Positions 28,893 through 40,944 of a DNA stretch of 64,000 nucleotides are shown here, one piece after another. Source of the stretch: Marsupella aquatica. Its lineage: Eukaryota > Plantae > Marchantiophyta. The position numbers and the translations under genes are program-made. The DNA is taken from the NCBI GenBank assembly GCA_973895155.1, contig OZ316892.1, positions 15,864,861 through 15,928,860 of the forward strand. Reading direction: 5' to 3'. Below the pieces are notes generated by a model. That model had not been told where the DNA came from and did not search any database. It was given only the letters and a program-made list of their open reading frames with translations. Position 1 is the first letter of the stretch. Each line of letters begins with the position of its first letter.

Positions 28893-31800
28893 AATGGTAA
28901 TGGTAATGGTAATGTATTATAAGCTCCGGGACCATGAAAGTCAAAGGAGTTGCCACAAAAAGTAAAGTACAATGCAATCAAAGAAAAGAGCAACCAAAAG
29001 AGATTGCTCATAAGAGGACAACTATGTCCTCAAAGAAACTATGGACCTAGAGAGCCCTGAAAGATTTTCCAAACCTATTCTCCTTTCCCTATCCACCGCA
29101 AAGATATATCTTCCAAGTTGCTGAGGGGGCAGACCAAACAATGCATACAAATCTTTCACCAAGATTTGAGATGCCATCCTAACCCCCTCATAAAATTTGC
29201 AAGCAATGAATACATGATATTCATTCTCTATACTAGAGCTATCACATAGTTGACAAACCCTCTTTTTCCTGTCAATATCCTTCCATCTCCCTTGTTCTAC
29301 TTCAAGGTGGTGTGAGCTTAGTCTATACTGAGCAATAAGTTGTCTAAGTTGTACTGAGATAGTGCTAGATAAGTATTCTTGTTCTCAATATTTCTTCATG
29401 GGGTTCACATCTCTCATGTAGTATTGCTGCCATGGGCTAGGTTCATGCCAAAGTTTGTGCAAAGCCTTTTGCTCAAGTTTTGCTCTTAGCTTGGTTGGGT
29501 GTGTTGGCCATTCATGTTCAGGAAAATCCCAAGCATGGGCCCACCTGCACACATCTGCATACCACCCTTTAGCTGAAGATGAGCGCAAGGCATGAAAAGG
29601 AAATCTGTTTTCCTCCAACTCTCTTACACGCATGATGTATTTGAGTGTGTGGAAGAGTGCCTCCACCTCCAAAGGAAACAAGCCTGCCTCTGCAAGTGTA
29701 AGTGCATATGGGGTTTGTGACTTGATCCCAAGCTCCATCTCAAGAAATAGCTTTTGCAGCCCCTCAATCTGTTGCCACCCAGATTTAGACACACCTGCTC
29801 CCCAAATTGGTGCTCCATAAAGAATGACTGGTTTCACCAAAGCTCCAAAGAGATGTTTCCTTAACCTCCAAGTGTGTAGACCAGCTCTTTTGCATTTGTT
29901 CATGAATGCATAAAAAGCTCTGTACCCATTGGCAGCCCTAGATTTTACACATGAGGCCCAACTCAAGTTTTGAGAGAACTCCACCCCAAGGTATTTGTAG
30001 GTCCTCACAAATTCCACCAGATTCCCTTGGAAGTAGAGCTCTGGATTTTGTCGTGTGCCAATGCCCAAACACTTGGTCTTCTTGAGGTTGACTACCATCC
30101 CTGTTGCTTGACAAAACTCCTCCAAGGCATTGAGATGTCTTTGCAAAGCTTCTTGAGCATGAGCAAGTAGGACCACATCATCTGCAAATATAAGAAGTTG
30201 GAGGACAAACCTACCCAATTGACTGCCAACTCCACCATGCTCCTCCAAAATGTTGTGTAGCTGATCAATGAAGATGCCAAAGAGAGTTGGTGAGAGAGGA
30301 CAACCTTGGATCACCCCAAGAGTGCTCCAGATTTCTTCAGAGGTTTCCTTTGAAAGTTTGATGCGCACTTCTTGGTACAATTTAGAAACAGCCAACCTGA
30401 GCTCTTCAGGCACTTCCAACTCCACCATCCTATCCCAAAGCTTGGATCGGGAAACTTTGTCAAAGGCCTTGGAGAAGTCCACAAACAAGCAAAATAATGG
30501 TTTATGTGGAGATTTGGCCTTTTCACACAACACCCTCAAGCAGAGAATGTGATCCATAGTGATGAATTCTCTCCTAAAACCTGCTTGTGAAGGTGCCCTT
30601 TTCATCTCACTCTCCAACCAAGAGCTTAATCTGGCTTCAAGTAGTCCTCCCAAAACTTTAGCAAAAGTATTGCCTACCATGATGGTTCTGTAGTTGTGCA
30701 CATCGTCCTTGTTGCCTGCCTTGAAGATAGGCACCACTCTTCTGGTCATCCAAGCTTTAGGTAAACCCAAAGCCATTGCTTGATTCAGCTCATGCACCAA
30801 GTTTGTTAGTAAAGAGGGTCCTCCCCACAAAAGAAGCTCCAAGTTCAAGCCCAACAGATCTTTAGCTTTCCCATGTTGCATGTGGGAAAGATGCACCTTC
30901 ACCTCCCTCTCTGTAAACTGAATGGTGTTGGACAAATTCCATATGTGATTGTTTTGCAGCCTGTGCAAAGGTTTTGAGCTTCTCCTCAATCTCCCCTACA
31001 GCCTCATGTATCACTGATTTCTCTGGGCACATACTCTTCTCCATGTCTCCAAAACACGATGCAAGCAATGAGAGTTGCTTACCATTCTCCTGAGTTTGAG
31101 ATCGAAGATCACTAATCAACCTCTTTTGCTTGACATTCTCATTCTTTAGCTCCGTCACCTCCTTGCTGAGTGTGGTAATCTCAATTGCGGAGTTTTCAGC
31201 CACAACTAAGATTTTCTCAAGCAAAGCCTTGAGATGGGCAATCTCCTCCGTTGCCATCACAAAGCTTTGCTAGTGATACACTCTTGCTGTTTGCAACACT
31301 CTGCCAAAATCTGAGCTCAAGCCGCAGCCGATTGCCCTTCCAACTCGAAGTGAAATTTTGCCCCAAGCTCAGAATCCCGAAACTGGACACGTAGCAGATC
31401 GTGCATGCTAAAGTGCATACCAAACGATGTCGGTTGCAGCTCTAACTTTGCCAGTGATATATTCTCGCTGTTTCCAATGCTCTGGCAAAGTCTGAGCTTA
31501 AACCGCAACCAATTTCCCTTCCAACTTGAAGTGAAATTTCGCCCCAAGCTCAAAATTGCGAAACTGGAGACGTAACAGATCGTGCATGCTAAAGTGCATA
31601 TCAAACGATGTCGGTTGCAGCTCTAATTTTGCCAGTGATACATTCTTGCTGTTTCCAATGCTCTGGCAAAATCTGAGCTCAAACCGCAGCCGATTGCCCT
31701 TCCAACTCGAAGTGAAATTTCGCCCCGACCTCAGAATCGCGAAACTGGAGACGTAACAGATCGCGCATGCTAAAGTGCATACCAAACGATGTCGGTTGCA

Positions 31801-32108
31801 GCTCTAACTTTGCCAGTGATACATTCTCGCTGTTTCCAATGCTCTGGCAAAGTCTGAGCTTAAACCGCAGCCGATTGCCCTTCCAACTCGAAGTGAAATT
31901 TCGCCCCAAGCTTAGAATTGCGAAACTGGAGACGTAACAGATCGCGCATGCTAAAGTGCATACCAAACGATGTCGGTTGCAGCTCTAACTTTGCCAATGA
32001 TAAATTCTTGCTGTTTCCAATGCTCTGGCAAAGTCTGAGCTTAAACCGCAGCCGATTGCCCTTCCAACTCGAAGTGAAATTTCGCCCCGAGCTCAGAATC
32101 GCGAAACT
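28893..32108 (-). mobile_element. RTEX-like LINE copy A3: 5' monomer array, spliced 5' UTR, internal 1751-bp deletion, intact tail
   Basis: Aligns to copy A5; ORF1 is joined to mid-ORF2 at 30928/30929; (TGGTAA)n at 28893. Confidence 0.93.
31264..32108 (-). repeat. 181-bp tandem monomer array (~4.7 units), LINE 5' UTR
   Basis: Period of 181 visible directly and in the repeated ORF offsets 31317/31498/31679. Confidence 0.95.
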
Positions 32109-33271
32109 AGCAAGTGCTTAGCAGGTAACTACTATCTCAAGAAGACAAAGGCCAGTTATATCTTCGATCTCAGGTATTTTGGAACTTCCAGAGTGGAGAT
32201 GGCACAATTTGATGAGTTCTAGACTGACTCTATCTATTTCCGACCCATCCTTGCTGTGATGCTACTTCAAGGAGATGTGGAGGTGGAGGATCTCATAGTC
32301 TTTTCTAGTCTTCAACAAAACCGGTGCAATGGGTGCGAGTCGTTTTAAGTATGGAAAAAGGACTTAGTGGGCATAGTCCTATAAGGTATGGTCTAAATTG
32401 CCCTGGTTTCTACATTGCAGCGTGCAACCTTGGAGCTATCCGCGCAGCTCAGTATTTGGTGCTGCATTGCAACACCCACCAGTGAGGTCGAGACTGCCAC
32501 TATTTGCATTGTGGCTGATTTGCTTGGTTAACAACTGGCTCTTCACATTTGCAGTCAACAATCTCTGTTGCGCTCTCTCCTATTTTGCTTCTGCTTCATT
32601 TTGCCCATTGAGGTATTGTTTGGATTGTTGGTGAGTTTGAGGCCCCCTCTATAGTTTGTAGACCTGTTGTCAGAATGTTTTCATTCCTTGCTGATCAGAG
32701 AATCAGGTTTCTTGCTCATTTGCTATGGAGGTTTCCAAAGGGTATTGTTATGCTTCAATTACTCTGTGTTTTTTTCCAGCTTCATGGTATAGCTTCAATG
32801 TTAATGCTTTGTCCCGTGTGCGATGGCGTCTTCAATCGTCTATTTTCTTCTTTGTAGAAGCTTGCTTTGTTGACAGTTACTTGTTTGTTTCAGCTTTCAA
32901 ACACTCTCCATCAATCTTCTTGTCTTTCCCATCTTCTTCCTGCTGTCAAAGCTTTCACAGACAAAATAAGAGATTTTTCTTGGCATCTATGAGTGTGAAT
33001 TTAGGGGAATTTGTGTGGCTCTACAAAGATTTGAAAGTTGACGCCAGGTCAATCTTGAGTTCTGTTTATTGAAAGAATGTGACAATGTAAGGCTCTTTCT
33101 GAATTTGGGTATCAGTTTAGTTGATCGTACTCTCTCCCCTACGAAAGAGTATCGGCTTGGGCTTGGTTTCCTCTGATCGGTCTTAGCCTGCTGCAAACAA
33201 GCAGGCAGGCCATAGTAAGTATGCATTCTGTATCTTTCTCTATTGATGGGAGCTTGTGCATAGTGGGAGTT

Positions 33272-33373
33272 GTCAAAGTCAAAGTCAAATTCTAAGCTCC
33301 ACGACGACCCAATGAGTCAAGGGAGCTGTGGCAAAAAAGCCAAATACAAAGCAAAGAAATGAGTCAAATGCTC
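33272..33373 (-). mobile_element. Family B short element, 3' end
   Basis: (GTCAAA)3 followed by sequence shared with 37432-37532. Confidence 0.75.
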
Positions 33374-33625
33374 CAACCAAGTGTAGAGTTGACTCTTTCT
33401 GAAGATATAAGCATTTTGTGTTAGACCAGGCAACTTGGGAGTTGCTAAGTGTCACCTGCATCTGAGGGGCTACACCGGGGCCATCAGTGGAGGTTCACTT
33501 GCACAACACAACACGACATGACTTTTCTCTCTACTGCAACCTACAAGGTGAGACTTTCGCTCTTTTTGGATGAAAAAATAGGATCCAAATATGATTTATA
33601 TACATGTCCGTGGAGAACATGGTCT

Positions 33626-36600
33626 TCACATAATCCATACCCTAGAAGGAGCCAGAGTTATTGGCAAGGGACGCCTGATGATTATGATGATCACTACGAT
33701 GGAGCAGAAGATGGATGGGATGAATATGAACACCCAGAGCGTGGTAGAGATGGGTACAGAGGGCAATGGAAAGGTGAGGAGGATGATTGGACAAGTAAGT
33801 GCCTTGTGCTAGTGATTTTGTGATGGTATTGTAGCTCAATATGGACTTATCTGATATCTAGCTAGGGCAAACAATTTATCTTACAGGTCCATAAGTGTGG
33901 CATGTACCTGTTGGTATGCAGACTCTGATTGGGACAATCACGAAAACAACAAAGGCCATCCACGTTCAGATAGGAGGCAATCATTCACAGGCGGGAGAAA
34001 TGGCCCTAATTCATCTAGACAAGGCAATTGGACAGGTGGTCCAGAACCATCTATGCGCCAAGGGAGAGGTAACTTGGTCATTGCAGAATTGCTCTGAAGT
34101 CCAGTGTATATTTGGCAGCAAAATTTATGCTTCATACTTACCAAATGGATCCCGTAAATGTGCAGGGACTCCAGGGAGGTTTGGACAATGCAATCCAGGC
34201 TATGGGGGGACACCAGGCTGTGGAGGGACACCTAGTAGCGCTTTAGGGAGTACCTTGGCAGGAGAAAGTAACAAATTTGGTAAAGTAGAAGTGAATTCCA
34301 ATGGTTGGATAACTCCCACATGTGATGGTAAGAACCGTTGGCATTATGACCTAAGAGGAGAAGTATTGTGTTGGTTAGATTTGAGCATTACAGAGTTTAG
34401 GAGTCAGAACAAAGCTGATTGGGCCGCTATCTGCAAGGACATTCTTGAACGGTGGGACTATGTTGATAATGATGGTAAGGGCCCAGTTGAAGATGCATAT
34501 CAGATTATGCAATGAGAATTTTGAAACAAGAGAGGCATAGGTTGAAAAGGATGTGAATAGACAATGGTTCTAACAGGAGAATGCCAGCACCCCCATCATT
34601 AGAATTGGATCAATGGACACGGTTAATCAAAGGGTTCATGTCGGAGGCTGGGCAGAGCAAGAGTGAACTGATGTCAAATGCTCAAGGCAAAGTGAAACAC
34701 CTTTCACAGGCTAGGAGAGGAAGTTATGCTCTAGTGAAAGAACAATTGGTAAGGCAGTGACATGTCTAATAGTAAGCCTCAAACTTATCATCTTGCTACC
34801 ATTATTACATTCATTGACAATCAACACTTGGTTGGTTTCATTCATATGTATGTTGATGTGGCATGCAGAAGAAATTGACAGGTGAAGAACCATCAGCACA
34901 AGAAGTAAGAGAGGAGTTCGTGAATCAAAAGAATGAGGTGACAAGTGTGACTTCCAAACAGGTGATTATGTTGTAATTTTGTATGTTCATAGACTATTTG
35001 GCCTTGAGCATCAGAAAGAAATGTAGTAGGAAGTAAGCAACCAATTCTTGCGGACGATTATCTGAAATATGTAAGCTATGTTATGATAGGGAATTGTTAC
35101 AACTCTCACAGAGATGTGTGAACGGTTGAAGTCTAATGAGTGTGGACTCCCTCGAGTGAAAAGTAAATTGGGTGATTGTTTGGATATTGTGAAGGCATCT
35201 GTAGCAAACCTTCTTGCATCAGTGGAATCTAATTTCAAGCTTGTGATTGAAAAATTGGGTGGTTCCCAGCCAAACAATGAGGGCAACCTTGTACAAAGTG
35301 TGCCCTTGTTAACAAAAAAGGGAATTGGCAAATCTGACACAGGTATGGAAATGACACCGGCCCATTGTTCATTGACCCTATGTTGAAATGTTAGAAGTAG
35401 GTTTTCGTGAATGGACTGAATGGTTTGAACGCAGGAACAGTGGAGGCATTGAAGGCGCCTGTTTCTTGTAAGCAGAATGGCAAGAAGGTCTCTGAGACTG
35501 GTAACCTGCTATGATTCAATAGTTTACATTTGAAAAGTGCATGGAGTTTTGTGAAGCTTAAGTTGTGAAAGGTAAACTTTTCTATAAGAACTGGTTGGAT
35601 GAACAAAATCTGAAATGACATCATGATTGATGTATTAGGTGATTCAAAGACAAATAATCAGAAAGATGGGCCCAGTGCCTCAATGACCATGGCCAAGGAG
35701 GTATCAAGTAAACTTATGCTTTAAATTCCTCTATATGAATGTTGTGAGACAATTCATTAGTTAATAGATTCAACCTGAATATTGTGGTGTGTGTTTACTG
35801 ATCAGCAAAAGCACTCCTGGAGGATGTGGCAATGGCAAAGAAGGGGAAGAAGGCTGTTCATAATGGTAAGGTGATAGTGACAACTTTGTGGTTGGTGACA
35901 TGTACATTTAGTACATGTGATTAGTGATTGACTTATGTTGGACAATGCACTGAATTGTAGTTGATGTAGAGTTGACAGACTCTCAACCAAGTGGGAGCAG
36001 GGTGGAGTGACGTCAAAACTTGGGAACAACATTGGATGCAAGTAAGATTGTAGATGCTTCTATTGAAGCAAGTACAATGTTGGCAGATACTGAGATGATG
36101 TCAAAGGGACATCCTGCTACACAATCGGAAGTGTCAAATATGGATGCAGATTCTTTGAAGAAGAGTGTCCCCAATTCTCGATCACCAGCACAAAACACTC
36201 ATGCCAAAGTGATGACTCGCAACCAAGGTATGAACAATGTCATGTATAAGTCACCCAGAAAAGCCAAGAAAAACAACGTAAGGTGGAGGTATCAAGCCAC
36301 AGTAGAGCCAATCCATAATCTCCTATCATGGGAGGATGACTCACAGGTATATGTGGGTACAGGCATTTTACGACCGGATCATGCTAAATTTCATGGCAAA
36401 GTGGTCCTGGATGACCATGTAGTAGTGTTGTTGATTACAGTCATTGTATTTGATTGTAATTTGTCATTTCCGAATAGAGCAGATGATCCACCTCAGGAAA
36501 TAATTGCAGATGCAATAGGATCTCTTGTGCTCTGGCCATCAGAGTGTGTTTGTCTCTCGGAATGACTGATTGCAAATGTAAATAGAATTATGTGAATTGT

Positions 36601-37250
36601 GTTACATTTTGACATTGCCTTGGAAAGATCCAAGAAATACATGTATCAATTTTGAATTTGGTAAAGAGGATGAAAGAATCGTTGTCATTATGTGTGACAT
36701 GTATATTTCTGAATTTTGTGTGTATGTATGAAACAAGTGATTGATGTCAAACTATGGCTCTATGGTGATTGTCTGGATACTTGAATCTATTTTGTATCAT
36801 TTCAGATTAGTGTGTATGATATAGAACAATTATTTATGACCTATCGTGCTGGTCTATGATGTTTGAATCTATCCTTTCATATTAGTGTACATGGTAGAGA
36901 AGAAGGCTTTTTGAAACTCTATGTGTTCTAATGTTAACATGGTGAATGGTGAGTTTATAGAGTGAGTATACACAAAAGAACATGAATGAAATGTGTTATT
37001 TGTGCACAAGAATGAGGTAATATAGCGGGGTCTTCATCACTCATTTCCAGTTGACATGAAAGACTTATACATACCCCACAAAGTATCTCTTTTAGTCTTT
37101 TTATAAACCCACAAAGTATACTTAAAGACTACCAACCACAACCTTTGTAGTCCTTCCCAACGAATAACCACCACAGCCCATAAAAGACTGAAAATGACTC
37201 GCCAAAGAAACCCATACAAAGACTACAATAGACTGGAAATCCAGTCTATT
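33626..37250 (+). mobile_element. Second, diverged copy of the CACTA internal region, inverted relative to 24110-27779
   Basis: Homologous ORFs 33895-34515, 35114-35386, 36020-36565; many substitutions; TIR lost. Confidence 0.9.
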
Positions 37251-37251
37251 A

Positions 37252-37550
37252 AAAGTCAAAGTCAAAGTCAAAGTCAAATTCTAAGCTCCACGACAACCCA
37301 ATGAGTCAAGGGAGCTGTGGCAAAAAAGCCAAATACAAAGCAAAGAAATGATTCAAATGCTCATGTGAGGATCTCTACATCCTCACTAATAACAAACTAA
37401 GGACCTTAAGAGTCACTAATGTGTAATGCTATCAAAGTCAAAGTCAAATTCTAAGCTCCACGACGACCCAATGAGTCAAGGGAGCTGTGGCAAAAAAGCC
37501 AAATACAAAGCAAAGAAATGAGTCAAATGCTCATGTGAGGATCTCTACAT
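37252..37550 (-). mobile_element. Two tandem family B 3' ends (37252-37431 and 37432-37550)
   Basis: Each unit begins with (GTCAAA)n on the plus strand; they have different 5' truncation points. Confidence 0.8.
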
Positions 37551-39138
37551 GGTAATGGTAATGTATTATAAGCTCCGGGACCATGAAAGTCAAAGGAGCT
37601 GCCACAAAAAGTAAAGTACAATGCAATCAAAGAAAAGAGCAACCAAAAGAGATTGCTCAGAAGAGGACAACTATGTCCTCAAAGAAACTATGGACCTAGA
37701 GAGCCCTATGGACCTAGAGAGCCCTGAAAGATTTTCCAAACCTATATCCACCGCAAAGATATATCTTCCAAGTTGCTGAGGGGGCAGACCAAACAATGCA
37801 TACAAATCTTTCACCAAGATTTGAGATGCCATCCTAACCCCCTCATAAAACTTGCAAGCAATGAATACATGATATTCATTCTCTATACTAGAGCTATCAC
37901 ATAGTTGACAAACCCTCTTTTTCCTGTCAATATCCTTCCATCTCCCTTGTTCTACTTCAAGGTGGTGTGAGCTTAGTCTATACTGAGCAATAAGTTGTCT
38001 AAGTTGTATTGAGATAGTGCTAGATAAGTATTCTTGTTCTTGATATTTCTTCATGGGGTTCACATCTCTCATGTAGTATTGCTGCCGTGGGCTAGGTTCA
38101 TGCCAAAGTTTGTGCAAAGCCTTTTGCTCAAGTTTTGCTCTTAGCTTGGTTGGGTGTGTTGGCCATTCATGTTCAGGAAAATCCCAAGCATGGGCCCACC
38201 TGCACACATCTGCATACCACCCTTTAGCTGAAGATGAGCGCAAGGCATGAAAAGGAAATCTGTTTTCCTCCAACTCTCTTACACGCATGATGTATTTGAG
38301 TGTGTGGAAGAGTGCCTCCACCTCCAAAGGGAACAAGCCTGCCTCTGCAAGTGTAAGTGCATATGGGGTTTGTGACTTGATCCCAAGCTCCATCTCAAGA
38401 AATAGATAGCCCCTCAATCTGTTGCCACCCAGATTTAGACACACCTGCTCCCCAAATTGGTGTTCCATAAAGAATGACTGGTTTCACCAAAGCTCCAAAG
38501 AGATGTTTCCTTAACCTCCAAGTATGTAGACCAGCTCTTTTGCATTTGTTCATGAATGCATAAAAAGCTCTGTACCCATTGGCAGCCCTAGATTTTACAC
38601 ATGAGGCCCAACTCAAGTTTTGAGAGAACTCCACCCCAAGGTATTTGTAGGTCCTCACAAATTCCACCAGATTCCCTTGGAAGTAGAGCTCTGGATTTTG
38701 TCGTGTGCCAATGCCCAAACACTTGGTCTTCTTGAGGTTGACTACCATCCCTGTTGCTTGACAAAACTCCTCCAAGGCATTGAGATGTCTTTGCAAAGCT
38801 TCTTGAGCATGAGCAAGTAGGACCACATCATCTGCAAATATAAGAAGTTGGAGGACAAACCTACCCAATTGACTGCCAACTCCACCATGCTCCTCCAAAA
38901 TGTTGTGTAGCTGATCAATGAAGATGCCAAAGAGAGTTGGTGAGAGAGGACAACCTTGGATCACCCCAAGAGTGCTCCAGATTTCTTCAGAGGTTTCCTT
39001 TGAAAGTTTGATGCGCACTTCTTGGTACAATTTAGAAACAGCCAACCTGAGCTCTTCAGGCACTTCCAACTCCACCATCCTATCCCAAAGCTTGGATCGG
39101 GAAACTTTGTCAAAGGCCTTGGAGAAGTCCACAAACAA
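37549..39138 (-). mobile_element. RTEX-like LINE copy A4, 5'-truncated at the same point as A1
   Basis: RT motifs; frameshift near 38405; CAA instead of TGA at 38040-38042; 18-bp duplication near 37690. Confidence 0.92.
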
Positions 39139-39146
39139 AACTAAAC

Positions 39147-39214
39147 TTTTGCCACAGCTCCCTTGACTCATTGGGTCGTTGTGGAGCTTAGAATTTGACT
39201 TTGACTTTGACTTT
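39147..39214 (+). mobile_element. Family B 3' end, head-to-head with A4
   Basis: Reverse complement of 14759-14826. Confidence 0.75.
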
Positions 39215-40944
39215 ACTACTAGTGCCATGACTTGTGAAACTGCATCTTGGACTCACTTTCATGTCTATGCTAAAGAGTTACATAGACATCATGGCCTTAC
39301 ACTTGGCTCATCTGCCATGTGTTTGCAAATGGCTTGCAAAACATGATACCCTCCTTGGGTTTTGTGGACGGGAAAACGACCATATCTGTGAAGTTGATGG
39401 GGAGATTTTGTGGGCGAAGGAGAACTTGGGTTCAGCAATATTATTGATGCTTTTGATAATTCCGTGGTAGGGCACCAAGCAAGGTGTGTAGTGGTGAACC
39501 CTCTTTGTGAAGGGTTTCCTCGATTATGTGCAATGGCAATTCCCACTTGTGATAAGTTTAAAGCTCCTTGGGTTAGGAGTCAATGGAATTCCCTAAATTC
39601 ATTGTGGACTACTCATTGCCTGGAAAGTGTGGGGCCTATATTAGGCCATGCAAGTGATGGGGATGCACAAAGGAGAAAGCTTATGTTGGAGGATTACACA
39701 GGCAGAGGGGAGGCAAGGCCACGGGCTGGCCTGAGATGGGAAGGTTGGCAACTGACCCACTCAATGACCAGCGATAGTGTATTGATCCATGCCTATGGGC
39801 TACATGATCAAGATTATATTCACAACGGCAAGAAGCTTGTGAATCCCCTTGATTCTACTGCGCAGATTTTGAAATTAGGGCAGCAGTGGCTAACTATAGT
39901 CACATCTGTCTGACTTGTATGATCCCGAAGATCATGGCTTGAACTGTGAGGATGTAAGCCAGAATGAAAGGCAAAACTAGACTAGTGCACAGAGATTCTG
40001 TAACCGTAAGGTCATTGACACCTTAAGAGAGTCGCGTTTGTGGCAGGATGTAAGGGTGGAGCTCTCACATGGAACTGAGGTGTATCTTTGAATATGTGCA
40101 GATTATTTAGACATATTCATGAACACCAAATTCACATTGCGAGAGAGGATTTTACTCAGTGCAAAAGTGGGTTTTTTCTTCAAGCTGTGGCGCCTGTGGT
40201 GCTTTGGTAACCATGCAGTGGGTGCCACACACAGCCTATTAGTTTTACTCAAAATTGCATTCCCATGCAAACATTTCTAGACATTCAAATGTCTGTTCAC
40301 TTTGTAGCCCTTCTCATAATTCAATTTAGGGACAATTTTAGGCATTTGCCAGTGCCTTTGTTTTCAACGGGATTCGATGCTTGTGAGCAATTCTTTTCAA
40401 AAGTATGCGTGGTAATGAGCGGAGCTATGATGTGGCAGAATTAGTGGAGTGTGCTACTAATCTTAACAGATTGGCCGCAATGGATGTGGCCAAGGGAATG
40501 ATGGGTGCGGGGAAGAGCCATAAGAAGCATTGTAACATTTGGATGAAACTTCACCCTATGGGGGATGGTGCTGAACGTGAGGCAGACCAAACAGACTATA
40601 CAAGGATTGAGAATGATGCAGAGGTTGTCACTTATTTGCAAGAAGGGTTAAAGTTGGCACAAACTATAGCAACTGAGTTGCAAATGAATCCTGAACCTCT
40701 TCCAGGGACATCACCTAGTGGAAATCTCCTTGGAAGGTGGAGGCCAAAGGGGTGAAGTATGGTGGTTGGTGTGATATCAATTTGGATTCACTAGTAGATG
40801 TCCAGGATACTTTGGATGGCAAAGTAGGGCCCCATCCTGCTGTAGGTCAATCTGCAGCAGCTGCATCTGCTCCAATCTCACAGGAGGAAGTCTCCATATT
40901 AGATGGACCGGTTTTGCAAAACCTAGATAGAGAGGCACCTGCCT
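39215..40944 (+). pseudogene. Duplicate of the P-like transposase fragment
   Basis: Near-identical reverse complement of 13029-14758. Confidence 0.85.

Noticed and set aside
31217-32121. Repeated 95-aa ORFs, or a CRISPR-like array
   Set aside because: The ORFs are by-products of the 181-bp period; there are no unique spacers, no cas genes, and the context is eukaryotic
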